Shown: positions 22,379 to 36,310 of the stretch, piece by piece
Layout: every line of letters begins with the position of its first letter
Position numbering within the stretch: the first letter of the stretch is position 1
Source: Ginglymostoma cirratum
Lineage: Eukaryota
Direction of reading: 5' to 3'
Length of the DNA: 64,000 nt
Assembly (NCBI GenBank): GCA_024137785.1
Contig: JAHRHZ010000066.1
Span: forward strand, 2,725,880 to 2,789,879
The notes under the pieces: generated by a model
What the model was told of the DNA's origin: nothing
Seen by the model: only the letters and a program-made list of their open reading frames with translations
Databases searched by the model: none
Program-made: the position numbers and the translations under genes

Positions 22379-25300
22379 CCTGTTTCATGGATTTGCACCC
22401 TTCAATGTCCTTGCATCCAGCAGACAAGAGTGCTATACTTTCCCCCATCAAACTGACAGACTCTGTCCATCCTGGCACTCTCCAGCCATTTTCTAATTAC
22501 AGTCTGCAACTACAGAACGCCAAGTATTTCCACGCACTAGGCTCCATCAGCTCGCCAGGTATTCCCCCAAAACACGCCTGTCCCCTTCCACCACACACGA
22601 CACTGAAAGCTCATTTCCAACCACCTATCCATCCATATGGAGACCCATCACATTGAACTTTGCCTCCAACTGTCCTCTCTGATCTCTCAAGCCTCAAAAT
22701 GACATCTTAATGATGTTCACCATGGTCTTGTACAAACTGCCTGTGAAGGCCACTATGACGGTTACTGCCAATAACCCATCCTCCTGTTTCATGATCTGGT
22801 CTGAGCTATGCATTCTAGGCTTTTAATCAACCTGGTCAGACATGCTATAACATGTCTGGGGCAACTAGAATTTGAACCCAGGCCTTCTGGCTTTGAGGCA
22901 GGGACATTATCATTGCATCACAAGAGTCCTAGCTCTGTATTCTATTGAAGGAACTCATCAATAGATGACACAGTCATCTATTTATCTTGTGGAGTCCTTT
23001 CTCAAAAGTTAATGACACAATTCTTATTAGCTCGAAGTATTTCTCAACTGAGTGGACCAAAACCTCAGTTGAGCAACTGAACAATAACAGCATAAATTTT
23101 AATATCATGCCTGCCAATTTTAAAAAATCTTCATTATTCTTTGATCTCTGGAATGAAAAATATGGTCTTGTTTCCAAGATTTGCTCTTAAGTTAGCCTTC
23201 GAAATTTAAGCATGGTTCCTGTTCAAAAATGCAGTGCAGAATTCAGTGCCCTCCCTTGTGACAGATTTCATTGTGGGCCCATTGCTAATTGAAACTTTAA
23301 TGTGGGCAACTAATGGGCACCTGATACGGTCATTCCACTGCTGCTGTCATTCATTCAGCATTGGGTTTGGAACTCACCATGCAGTTACACAGCAAGTAAA
23401 TGTTTGGTAGCTAAAGGACTACAACAGAGGGTACCATATTCACAGGTGAAGGATGCAGCAAACAGCAAGGGGATTGGCCATTAAGACCCAACCCACTCCC
23501 TTGCGACTGAGCCCTATTCCCCACGCCCAACTTTCTGCCATCACCCAGCTGTGCTTTGGTCCCTTCTCAATCAGGGTGGCAAGTTCCTGAGTGGCCAAAG
23601 ATGTGTTGGGCCTTCTCAAAAAGATGCAATGCAGGGGGCCTAGTCTGTCTCCTCATCAAACAGCCAAAACCCCTATTGCCTTCACAATATTTTATCCATC
23701 GACCTTCAAGACAAAGTTGGGCAACATCACTGAGGTCCTTAAATATTCCAGGACTGTAGACCACATTTGCCTGGAAAATGTTAGATCCATGAGCGAAACC
23801 TGCCTTGATACACCGTCACATTATTGTTGTAACTTGGTTACTCTGGTCTGTCCCTGAACAAGGTTGCCAATTTACTTTTAACAAAAGACAATGAGTTTAT
23901 TCTATAAAACTATTAAAACAAAGCCACGTACAAGAGCATTGAAAAGATCTTAACACATACAACAAAAAGAAGCATTTAACCATTTTCCCAGCAATATCCT
24001 TTACAGGGATTCAATCCCAGTGCAGTATTGCTCCTATCTTCACTCTTTAATGTCTTACTCAATTGACCATGTCACCACCATTTATTTTTTGGTGATTTTC
24101 TGCACATTCATCAGAAGTGAATCTTTTTATCTTGCTCAAGGCTTTCTCCAGCCTTGTCTATGCAGGACAGCTGAAAGAATTCAAGACTTGTCTCCACCAC
24201 TGATGCCTTGGAGACGGCCAAAATTAAACTACCATTCTACCGGCATGGATCTTTTCCCTGGAATTCAATTTGCTTTTGACTGGCAGCCTTTCTTTTCATA
24301 GGGTGCAAATGTTGGACTCAGCAAACACCAACAATTGTCTCATCAGGTGACTTGCTCGGGCATTTGACTTAAATCACATGATTTCTAGGAAAGGTTGTTT
24401 GACCCAATGTTAAAGAAAAGCTTCTGACCCTTCAAAGAAGTTCATCTTCGCAGAACAAAAAACCCATTTACTTTGACTTTAGAATCTATGTTTTCAAACA
24501 ATATATTATAGACCTTCAACATCAATATAAATGAGATAGCTGACAGCTGATTTTTCCTGGGCCTGTTTCATATGTAAGAAGTGCCAATATTATATTGTGC
24601 CACTCGCGCTTGGCACAGCCGTAAGAATAATCTGATTACACTTGTTGAGTCCTTATCTCACATAAAGTTTGCTTGACGAGTGAGGGACAGGTTCGGAGGC
24701 AATTGATAGTGACAGACCTGTTAAATATAATATTAAAGCCATCTTTTTTGCTATTTTTGTCACCCTGAAGCAAGAGTGACAATTTTTTTCAAAAATTGAT
24801 TGTTCTAAAATTGAAGCAATGCACTACACGCTCCCCTAATTAGGCCTCAAGGGTTTCAAAATGACACATAATGCGTATTTAGTATCCCGAAAGAGTTCAT
24901 TTGAATATATATAATGTACATTTAATATCCCCAAAGAATCAATTTGTCAGCTTTCTGACTCTGAAGGCAAAATATGCAAATTACCCTTATGTTAAGAAGG
25001 CCTTTCCTTTCACTCTCAATAAAGTATCCCTTTGGTTGGTTAATGGCACATTACACTGCAGTGCACATCACAATCTGCAGCTGCCTAAACAGTTTGGGTT
25101 ACAGGAAAAGCAACAATATGGAACAGATAATCTAACAGATCAGCAGCAGCATGGTTTTTAAGCATTTTTATTTTGTAAGCGATTTGCTTCTTCCACACCA
25201 GCGAGGAGCAGTAATCGCTTCAACACAAAGCAATGTCTAGCAGCAGGAGTACTTCCTTCCTCCCAGCTCACCTCTATCAAAGGGAGTAATCTCTCTTACT

Positions 25301-25719
25301 AACACATCATTTAGCAGGGAGTGGGGGAGAAGATATAAAATCGCATCAAGTTCCAGCCTCAAGTGACTCAGTGACATTATATTTTAACTCCTTAACAATA
25401 GATTTTGAAAGGCATCACTGCATTTTTATTTTAGAAAAAAACATAAGCCAGTTTTGAGAACTTTTATTTTAAAATATATTTGACTTGTTAACCCAAATAA
25501 GGTAACCGTTTCAGTAACTAATTCTGTCACCTGTCCTGTCAATGTTGGCACTGATACCAATCTCCCCCAGCTGTGAGTTATTTTACATTTGAATTAGTTT
25601 AACATGTGTCCATTGATGACTCAAGACGTCAGAGAAAAGCTGGATTGGCCGTTTTTGTTCTTGGGATATTTTGTTGATATGCTCTTCTGCAAAGGAAGCA
25701 CACACCAAATGTAACTATA

Positions 25720-26390
25720 GAAGATTTGAGGAACACATAACAGTTTGGTGGAATGGACAGATAAATGTCAGATGTAACTCACTGTCAATTCGTGTAATGT
25801 ACTGTAATATACTATGGAAGTAAAATCAAGAGTACAAGCATATAGTCAATGAAAAGATGTAGACAGATAGCAGGGAATCAGTTACATAATGTTTTAACAA
25901 CGTGTTTTCAGTTATCAAAACTGTTTAAAATAAAACTAACAGCGTTTTTAAAGAGGCACAGAGAGTAAAGGCATAGTGATAGATTTCTGCAAAACTTTGA
26001 ATTAGCGGAAGTTATGGTACTGCATTATTTTGGGGGACCCAATTCTAAAGCTATGATCATATTGAATGGTCAAGTTGGCTTGAAAGGGTTATTGGCTTAT
26101 TCCTACGCCTATTTTCTATATGTTTTGATGTTAACACAAAATGATTTTAAAGCTGCAGAGATCGCACAGGGTATATTCACCAGGAAGTTACTGGAGATAG
26201 GCAAGAGCCGAATTGTGAAGACGTATTTGAAATACTGAAAGTACTTGCACTAGTGTAGACAGGATTCCATGATTTAACAGATGTTTGGAAATTATGAAAT
26301 GTTTTGTCAGGATACTAGGGAAAGTCTATTTCTTCTGGCTAGGGATTTGACAAGGAGGATCATCAATTTAAAAAAGTCTTTCAGACTTGA
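25720..26390 (+). mobile_element. Highly decayed CR1-clade LINE fragment
   Basis: Remnants such as LVEWTDKCQM and AEIAQGIFTRKLLE, plus ggaaagtctatttcttctgg. Confidence 0.55.
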
Positions 26391-28680
26391 ATGCGAACAA
26401 TAGTGTTTTGGCTGAAAAGCCAGAGGATGATGCCATCCAGTGAATTACACTTCAGCCAGAAGTTTATACCCTTGGGCAAGGAGGAGAAGAAAGAAAACTG
26501 GCAGAGAGCTTTAATGAGGAAAAAAAATAACAAAATATCCTACACAGGGCTCCACAGCTCAAGACTCAGCCAAACTAAAATGCTAACACATTCAGCGTTT
26601 TAGCTCAATCAATGTGTTTTTTTTTAAATGAACAAACCACAAATATTTCAGAGTCAGTCTGTCAACATAAAAAAAATGATTAACATACTTTTCCTCACAG
26701 GCTCTTCAGTAATCAAAGTACAAATACCCTATATACCTCAGTCCACAAAAGTCAATCCCAGCTCTGGCCAACAAAAACTAGCAAATCTGTCTCTTCCTGT
26801 GAACCAATGAAAGCCCCACATTGATGACTGGGTTAGTAATTCACTGTTAACAATTACTATGTTAAAATGAGCCAGAGTAGAATTTTGTTTCCAGTTCCAA
26901 ATTCTCATGCCTGCTGTCCCCTCTTTCTCAGTTCATCTAAACAGGTTGAATGTCTCACGTCTGCCAATTAATGTCACCACGGTCAGAGCAGAAACAAACT
27001 TGGCCAGATGTATGTACGAAAGATTTTCCATGCGTTTTTGTTGATGTTCCACATACAAAACTCCTCGGTCAGGCAAAATAAATTTGCACAATTTCAAGAC
27101 GGAGAAGGGAGGTTGAGTGGTAAAGACTTTATTCCACTAAACCGTCACCTATGACCCAGTAATCTTGGATAGTCAACTCAAAATTAAACTGATCTACAAT
27201 AAGAGGAGACTAGGTCACATATCCCATTCTCGATGACCAAAGATTTTGCAGAATTTATTGTGGGGCCAAACTTCATGATTCCAGAATGCCTAGCTGGAGC
27301 ACAGCATTATTAGACTTTCATCATTGTTATTTTGGAGGAATCATTTGCGACAGTCAAATTAACATAATTAATTCGGAAAGTGGTGTACAATACTCATATC
27401 CAGCTCGTATAGTTGGGCTGAAAACCCCCTCATATTAATGACCCCAAGCAAGGCCAGTAGAAAGTTGGTTTGCATCACATCAACCTAGTTTCCTCATGCT
27501 CATGATCCAAAATCGCAGACTACCCACAGCCAACTACCAATTGAAACTCACATGGGCACCGTAAGGATGACCTGTGCTGGAAATGGAAATCTTTGAATTA
27601 GTTGCCATGATTGAGGATGCCAAACTGGATTGGGGTTGGGAACACAGCCTTGTTACAGCGCAGAATGAAGCCTTTCAATACATCAGCTCTGCATTGGTTC
27701 TCTGGGCATTTTGACTGAACTCTAAATCCCTGCCATTTCCATGTAACATTGCACTTTGTTTCTTTTTGAATATTCTTCCAATGGCCTCTTGAATGGCTCA
27801 GTTGAACTTGCCTCCATCACACTTCCAGGCAGTGCATTGCAAAACCAGGCCACTTGCTGTGTGAAAAAGTTTTCTCTCGCCTTACATTTGCACGCAGTTG
27901 GAATCAGCTGAGGGGCTATTGCGTTTCAGACATGAGACATAGCTACAAGGAAATGTTTAACACTGTCAGCCAAAATCAAATCAAAGTCATTCGCTCCAAG
28001 AAAAACATCACTGTTTTGTAGGTTCTTTTTTGCCTTATCATTAGTCTTATTCCCTCAGTGCTGTGCTCCCTCTAACAAGAATGCCTGTTGATATTTTCGA
28101 GGTTTTTGTCACAAGATTAATGTATCTTGTTGATGAATTTGGAAAAAAAATTACTGCACACCCATCACAATATCCATAATATCTATATGTGAGCTCAGAC
28201 CATTTCTAGATCACTTCTGGTTGATATCAGCTGTATACCTGCCTTTATTCATTTGAAATTTCTGCTACTTTATCCCACCCACCTCTTCACCGGTGCTACA
28301 AAAATTGAAAGCTCACTAACTGATGTGGGAGATGGCTTTTTAACCTGGTGAAGAATAGCCTGTCCAAGTTCAAGAAGCTTACTGCTGCTTCTGGATCAGT
28401 CCAACGTCTGCAACCATCATTGAAGTCTAGGCAAGTTACAATGCAGGCATTTGTTCAAAATACAGGTATGTGCAACTGTAAGATTGTCAACGGAGCTATT
28501 CCTCCGATCAGTGGCCAGTTCGCTCCTTCTAACTGGCAAATTAAGCCTATCAGAAGCAAATGCTGGACAGAAACAGGAGGAACAGTGCAATGGGAACAAT
28601 TTAACTTACCTCGAGGCCTAGAATTGTGGTGGTAAGCCTGAGATTGAAAGGGTTTCAGGGAGACACTGGTATGAGATGAA

Positions 28681-28995
28681 GGGCACAGTGGCTCAGTGGT
28701 CAGTGTCACCTCACAGTGGCAGAGACCCGGGTCTGATTCCATTCTCGGGCAACTGTCTGTGTGGAGTTTGCACATTCTCCCCGTGTCTGTATGGGTTTCT
28801 TCCAGGTGCTCCGGTTTCCTCCCACAGTCCAAAGATGTGCAGGCTAGGTGCATCGGCCATGTTAAACTGCCCGTAGCGTCTAGGGATGTGTAAATTAGGT
28901 GAGTTACAGGGGATGGGCCTGGGTGGGATGCTCTACGGGTCGGTGTGGACTTTTTGGGCCGAAGGGCCTGTTTCCACACTGTAGGGGTTCCATGA
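28681..28995 (+). mobile_element. HE1 SINE
   Basis: Same head, core and tail as the copy at 20189. Confidence 0.92.
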
Positions 28996-31144
28996 CATGA
29001 TAGTCAGGCCACCACAGACAGGGGAGGTCAGGTCAACTGTCGAGGGTACAAACGTTCAAGCAGGGTGTCAACAGATTAGGGACGGTGGTGGTTGAACATT
29101 TGACTAGCTGTCAACAAGGTTGAGGGGTTAGTGCGTAGATGAGTAGAGAGAGGGTAGAGATGGGCACCAAGCAGGCTGTGGCAGGGATAGTGGAGTGACA
29201 GTCAGGCTGCCTGGGTGGGGGACAGATAGTGTGTGCTGGCTGGCCTCTTTAAAGTTTGGGGGTGGGGGGATGGTTTGGGAGGGAAGATGTGAATCAGTAG
29301 TTTGTCAGCAAGGCGTGTGAGCGCTGGGTGGGCCACTGAGGAGGTGGAGGTCAGGATAAATGTTGGATGGGCTGTCAGCAGGGTTTAGGCTGGGTGTGTG
29401 ATGTGCGAGTGAGGAGTGGGGAAGATGAGTAAACGAACAACTGCAGGGAATTGGCGGGCAGGTGGGACTAAGCCAGCCACACACCCATCCTCCCCCAAAA
29501 CAAAAACCCTGTCTGCAAAGTAGACAAGGAGAAACACCGAAAGGTAACAAACTTCTTACCCCAGCTTTCACTCAAATTCAGCTGAGGTCAGCCAGGAGTG
29601 TGCATTACCAGAGGCAAACAGTGCTTGTGTTTGTTAAATCCAACTCTTTCACTTAGTCCCTGTTCCCACCTCATTCCCTGGTAATCAGGATTTGGGTCCC
29701 AGTATTTTCCGCTCCGTTTCCTTTAATGGTAATTTTTATTAGTCTGACATTTATTGCTTTAGGATTGTTTCTTCCTCCAGAATTCATGTTTATTTTTGTG
29801 ACAAACAATCTCCACTCTTGTTAGCATTTCAGTCCCTGTTAAGTAGGCAACAGAACAGAAGTGAAGAAATTGTGTAGATCAGGTCAGAATAGTTATGGAA
29901 CCTGCCAGCAAAAATTCCTCTATGTTGCAAGGCATACAAAGTGATTCTTGGATTAGCAGATGATTAAGAGCACATTAAAGCTCCCTTTGTTTTTCCATTT
30001 GGAAGCAGCTCGATCTGCACAATTCATTGGGATGGAAAGAAAAGTTTTAGGGAGTTTAACAGCAGAAAGAAAAATAAACTCATCAGACTGCTACTTTTCC
30101 AATATCGGATAAACAATGGCTGAAAATGTTTGGATTCTTGGCCCATTTTAGGTTAAATACAAGGGCCTGACATTGAACCTTCAATCGACCACACCAATGG
30201 GATGCTCCATTTCATAACAAGAATCTAAGGAATGAAATGTCTGTTCCGTTGTGGTGTGAAATACCTCCGGTGTTTAAATACTGCCCTGCAGGATGCGGCT
30301 GAAAACCAGACTCCGTATCAAGTAAGTACTTCAGTGGATTGCTGGCAACATCTCAATTTTGATTTCTGCAAATATTAGCACTGTGCTCATCTACAGCAGG
30401 CAGACTTTTGCAGCCTCCCATTTAGTGCCAACACTCAACCTTACTACAGTCACCTGTACTGCTGTTTTAGAACGCCAACATACAAGTTATGGTTTGTTCC
30501 CCACCATTTCCACTGCAGGCATTTTATTAATTGGTAAACAAGAAGGGTGCCTTATTCTAGTGACTATAAAGCGCTGCTTGTTTTGCCTGGTAGTTGTGAT
30601 ATCACTATCTCCCTAATCAGGAGATGGGATCATATAACCAGATTGCCGACGTTTATTCTGAATTGCCCGGCAGGCTGGATCTATCCACTGATTAGGTCAC
30701 ATCTAAATGGCCCAAATTACAATTTCTGTGGTGGATTACTGAACCTAATTACTAATTAACTGATGTCAATTGGCCATAGACACATGTTGCCTATTTTAAA
30801 ACTCAGAAAAACTCAGAAAGCTGACACTTCCAAATTATTGTATGCGAACCCAGTGTTTGTAACTACAGGACACTGCTGCAAACAGCAGCTCAAAGCGAAG
30901 TATTCATACCAGTATCTGCATTCAGCAAGTTTACACTAGCAGCTTTATAGCAGAATTGCCTCACTATTGCTTTCCAACTGTTAAAGGTTTTACAAGTTGT
31001 AGCAGTCTTGCTAACCGAAGGAAGCACTGTACAAGAAATACTGAAAACTAAATATTTACTTTAGAATATATACAGATATATATAGAAATATTATGACTGT
31101 ATATTTGAGAAGTGTGATGGTTTTTAGTACCTTGCTACATCGCC

Positions 31145-31510
31145 ACGTGGTATTTTATCCTGCCATTTGATCTTCAGAAACTCCCGAAGGCAGCTCAAGT
31201 GAAAGTGGTTGAGCTTCTTGGCATTGTGCTTGTATACAGTCCAAGTCTCACAATGTGTAGAATGGATAGGGCTATTTTTTGATAGACTTTCAGCTTGATA
31301 GGCTAACCTACTCCTGTTCATTCCAAGGCTGTCACTTGAAGCTTGCTGAAGGCTACCTTTGATTTGGCAATTCTGTGTATCTTGTAGTCAAGGAGTGTGC
31401 TCCTGAAGCAAGTGAACTTATTCGCTGCTAACGGTACTGGTCATAAAATGAAAATGTGGGTTTAAGGTAGGGATCTACTGGATCAGGTTGGTACATGACT
31501 GGAGAATTTC
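31145..31510 (-). mobile_element. RTE-clade LINE fragment
   Basis: [35 protein letters not shown] is the RTE post-RT motif. Upstream remnants include NKFTCFRS and RIAKSK.AFSKL. Confidence 0.78.
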
Positions 31511-31599
31511 CAATGTAAATCTTGTGTGAAGAAAGTGATGTGTAGGTACTTGCAGCCCATCACTGCCAGTGCTCGTCTGACTCTATTAAATCCCCTAAA

Positions 31600-31930
31600 A
31601 ATAGCTGAGCACTTAAACTGCTGCTGTCCAATACTGAAGTGCCATCATTTCCAGATGAGATGCTAAACTGAGGCCATCTAAGTACGTAAAAAAAAATCTG
31701 ATGGAACATTTTATTAAAAAAAAAGCTTATCCCGAAGTCCCTACCAGTGTCCTCATTCCAACCACAAACATGCAAAGAAATTAATGAATCATTTGTCTTC
31801 TCTTTGTCTGTGCCACTCTGGCATGTGCCAAGCACTGCCACACATGCTGAACAGTGAAAACCGTTCAAACATAACTCATGAAGGATGGAATGTCCTGAGG
31901 GCATGCAAAAGGTTCAATAAATGTGCAAGC
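31600..31930 (+). mobile_element. Decayed Deu-domain SINE
   Basis: gtgccatcatttccagatgagatgctaaactgaggcc...ccagtgtcct...gtcctgagg...aaaggttcaataaatgtgcaagc. Confidence 0.6.
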
Positions 31931-32651
31931 TTATTAATTTTCTTTAATACAATTTTTAACATTTGATGGTGACACCAAGTTTGAAACTAAAGTAAATAGG
32001 AGTGGGTGACAGTGATAGACTTCAAGAAGCTTGGCACAAGGCAGAAGAAACTTAACGCAGGAAAATTTGAAGCGATATAATTTAAGGTTTGGAAAGCTCT
32101 GGCAAATACAGATTCAATTGTAATCTTAAAACAGAAACTAGACCAATATTTGAAATCCAAAAAAAGCCCCAGGAATATGGGGAAAGAGCAAGGAGTATAA
32201 TTGCATGGACTGCGCCATGAAGGAACTGGTGAACATTTTCTGGACCAAATGGTCTCCTTCTGTGCTCTACTCTTCCATGCTTCTTTTCAGCAAAACATAA
32301 ACTATTTCTTTCCTCCAACACAGCACAGTTTCTACTCTTTCATGTGTGTGCTGAAAGACCAAGTACCAGAAAGTTCAAGGTAAAAGCAAGCCAAGTCAAC
32401 AGGAAAAGAATAGGCATGATTAAAAGCATTGTCTGGGTTCTGCTTCTTTTTACCAGGAGTTGAACGAAAGAACTAGAATTAAAAGCGACGTTCACAATCC
32501 TGGGATGTCCCAGAGCACTTCATAACTTGAAGCATATTTGAACTGGAATTGCTTTTATACTGAAAACAAAGATTTCTCCTAAGGAACTTACTATTGCTCT
32601 GACTCCAGTCCTAGCCCAATTTATAATTTGAGTACACAGTCTATTCTTCTC

Positions 32652-32872
32652 TGGTGGTTGGTTAGCTCAGTTGGCTGGACCGTTGGTTTGCAACACAGAG
32701 GAATGCCAACAGCATAAGTTCAATTCCTGTCCTGGCTGAGGTTAACATGAATGACTACCTCCCAACCTCTCTCTTCACCCGAGGTGTGGTAACCTTCAGA
32801 TTAAACCACCACCAGATGTCTCTGTTAAATTAGAGAACAGCATTACGGTCTGCTAGGACGATGGCAACATTA
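32652..32872 (+). mobile_element. tRNA-derived SINE
   Basis: A-box ttagctcagttgg and B-box gttcaattcc, followed by a non-tRNA body. Confidence 0.6.
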
Positions 32873-34575
32873 ACTTCCCATCACCATTCGACAATGAATT
32901 CCACAAGCCACTTGTGTCCACTTTGTTGGGCTCCCTAAGACTTATTTTTCACTCTCAAATGAGGATAGGGGAGTTATGAAGAGAAGGAAAGAGAAACTTT
33001 GTTGAGAAATCAATTTCTATTAGCAACAGTCCCAGCAGAAATGAGGGATATTCGTCACAACATGTGGAATACTTTCCCAAATGGAAATGAGAGTCCTTAA
33101 AAAAATAAGAAGGCTGAAAGCAAACGCTTGGTAAAGATAGTAGAGTGCATTGACAGTGGTTTGCAAAATGTAATCTTTTTCCTTCAGTGCTCCTTGGTAG
33201 CTAGATTAAAAAAAAAGATTGCCAGTTTGAGCCACAATTTCCACAGAGGTTTCCCTTCATTTCCTTCAGCAGGTCGTCTGTTGGTGTGGGAGGCAGAGGA
33301 TAACCCTGACTTATCCCTTGTTAGCTTGTCCTGCGGTGGCATTGGCACAGATAGGGCACTATTTGCACCCACATTAACCACCCTCCCAAGTGAATGAAGC
33401 ACAGTGGTGCTGAATGACTCATGTCAGAGGACATAAAGAAAGAAGTGTAGTAAAACTTTTTTTTTAATAAAAAGGTAACCCAAGTGTTTGCTTTCAAGGT
33501 ACAAAGACTTGAGCTGCTGGGAGGAGAGTAGTAAATCAATGCACTCTACAACTAACCTCATACATAAGAACATTCATTAAGATAATCCCTGGAGTGCTGA
33601 AACTGCATTTGCTGCTAGGATTTTATTTTCTCTGGCTACTGACGCTTAGGGTGCTGCCAGCTACAATCAGAATGAAATAGAGATGTGATAAATGTTAGAA
33701 ACAGTGTGGGATTTTAAGTTACAACTAAACTGTAATAAATCAATGAGTGACAATTTCTCCAACATTGATTAATTTTGACTCCACCTCTGGTGTTTGATGA
33801 AAAGTACTTCAGTCAAGGCTCCAGGAAAAACATTGTATCACAGCCAATGTGTCATTTGAGAGGCAAGTACCGAATAAATCAGCCTCGAAATGGGTGGATA
33901 AATTGGATTCTTGAATATTCACAGTGAACTTGAGCTTCAAAGCAGTCCCAGTTAATGCAGCAGGGTCATGAAGGCAAAGTATTCCACAAAACAATTTGCC
34001 TTATGTAGAAACAGCCAGGGCTGTAATGATTTAATTTCCAATCACCTCTTCACCATTGCTGATCTTACCCAATGCAATAAGTGATTTTTTTTCTTAATAC
34101 AGCTCCTGCTGCTCATGAAGAGGCTAAACCCAGATTGCTGAACACTTTTTCTTTTACCTGTGGCACATTTTTTCATTCCACACCCCACCCCGCATCTCCC
34201 AACCCCATTCGAACCTGACCATCTTTGACTTTCCTTAATATTGGTTTCAATTGCTTCAGATCGGAGTTATATCACCTACTCTCTTTCCATGTGATGTTGC
34301 TGCAGAGTGGGCCCCGTAGTCTATATATCTTGCTGGACGAGTGGCTGTGTTGGTTGGGGACAGGGCGGGGGGGGGATGTTGAAAGTTTAGGTAGTTCAGG
34401 GTCTTGAGTAGTACAGTTGTCAGGAGCGGCCGGGGGGGTGGTGGCGGCGGCGGTAAGAGATAAGAGAGGCGGTAGAAACAGAGGTGGTTCCTGCTTGGAA
34501 CTAGCCGCATCATTTTAGATGTGAAACACCTGCTGTCTCCTCTCACCCCTTCCTTTCCTTTTCAGATCATTCAAC

Positions 34576-34872
34576 CACGGTAGCTCAGTGGTTAGCACTG
34601 CTGCCTCACAGCATCAGTGACCCGGGTTCAATTCCATTCTCGGGCAACTATCTGTGTGGAGTTTGCAAATTCTCCCTGTGTCTGCGTGGGTTTCCTCTAG
34701 GTGCTCCAGTTTCCTCCCACAGTCCAAAGATGTAGCATGGATTGGCCAAGCTAAATTGCCCATAATGTTCAGGGATGTGCAGATTATGGGGGATGGGTCA
34801 AAGTGGGATGCTGAGGGTCGGTGTGGACTTGTGGGGCCGAAGGGCCTGTTTTCACACGGTAGGGATTCTGTG
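34576..34872 (+). mobile_element. HE1 SINE
   Basis: Same head, core and tail as the copy at 20189. Confidence 0.9.
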
Positions 34873-34874
34873 AA

Positions 34875-36310
34875 AACCGGAATAGGAGTAGGCCATTTGT
34901 CTCCTTTTGCTTGTTTTGTCATTCAATAAGATCTTGTGAGCTAGCTCCATATACTCACCTTTGCTCCAAATTACTTCAACTTTGAGAGATTTTAAATCAA
35001 CAATCTCGGATCTAATAATCAACAACTGACTTAGTATTAACTGCCACTTATGGAAGAGTTTTAAGTTTCGAGCACTCAGAGCCTCAGAAACAATGGAGAC
35101 AATTCTATCTATCCTACCAGATCCCTTTAATTTAGAAAGAAAAATGGACAAATCATTTCCCAACCTTTTAAATTTCCAAGAATAAAATCTCAGTTTGTGT
35201 AAAATCTCTTTGTAATTTAACTCCGAGTCCAGGTATTACATCCTTCAACACCAATACACCCTTCCTAAAGTGTGCTGCCCAGAAATGAACATAGTGTTCA
35301 TGCATGTGGTTTAACTAGGGCTTTATACCACTGTCACACGACTTCCACTCTCTTGTCCTTTAATGTTCTGGATATACAGCCCAAAATTCCATTAGTCCTT
35401 TTGATGATTTACTCCATGATATTTTAACAATCTATATACACAAATCCATAAGACTCTGATTTTAGTTAAGACTTAGTTTTTAAGTTTTCAGAAACATGTA
35501 AAATTACTCAGATCTATCCTTAACAGTGCATGACCTTACAATGAAGTCCATTTACAACAGTTCTTCCCATTCAGTTAATCCATCAAAACCTCTGAGTGAT
35601 GCCACATCTCCATCTACACGACTACTGTCATCGATCTTTGTGCCATTAGCAAATTTGGATAGATAGCTCTCTACTCCATTGAACACAGCGAGAAATTGAG
35701 GAACACAACGTCGATCCCTGTGAGACACATTAATGACATCCTGCTAATTAAGAACACCAACACATAATTGTTACTTTTTTTTTTCTCTCCTGCCATTTGA
35801 CCAACTTCCAAACTGGTAAATCACTTTCCTTTAATTGGATGAACTTCAACTTTAGCTAACAGTCTTTTATGAGAAACACCATTGAAAAGTCCACATAAAT
35901 GACATTCATCGATATTATTATTGAGGTTTATAAAGTCATGAGGGACATAGGTAAGGTGAATGACCGAGGTCTTTTCCCGAGGGTATGGGAGTCCAATACT
36001 AGATGGCACTGGCTTAAGGCGAGAGCGGAAAGATTTAGAAGGGACCCAAGGGGCAACTTTTACACAGAGGGTGGAGCGTTTGTAAAATGAGCTGCCAGAG
36101 AAAGTGGTAGAAGGGGGTATAGTTGCGACATTTGGATAGGTATACAGATGGGAAAGGTTTAGAGGGATACAGGCCAAAAGCAGGCAAATGTATTTACGAC
36201 TGTATTCCGATTACGCTGCCAGCTCTTCAAAAAAGTTCAATCATACTTTTCAAACATGACTTATCCTTCGCAAAGTCATGCGAACTGATCTCTCCCATCA
36301 GCTGAAATAA
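34875..36310 (-). mobile_element. Old CR1-clade LINE, interrupted by a younger opposite-strand fragment
   Basis: Minus-strand remnants VSHKRLLAKVEVHPIKG and VSQGSTLCS; CR1-type 3' UTR near 34880-35100. Confidence 0.65.
35912..36195 (+). mobile_element. HER1-like CR1 LINE 3' fragment (other short pieces near 41420-41600 -, 46150-46280 +, 47665-47770 -)
   Basis: IEVYKVMRDIGKVNDRGLFPRVWESNTRWHWLKARAERFRRDPRGNFYT. Confidence 0.85.

Noticed and set aside
28455-28979. 174-aa minus-strand ORF containing CGRKPEHLEETH
   Set aside because: Antisense translation of an HE1 SINE.
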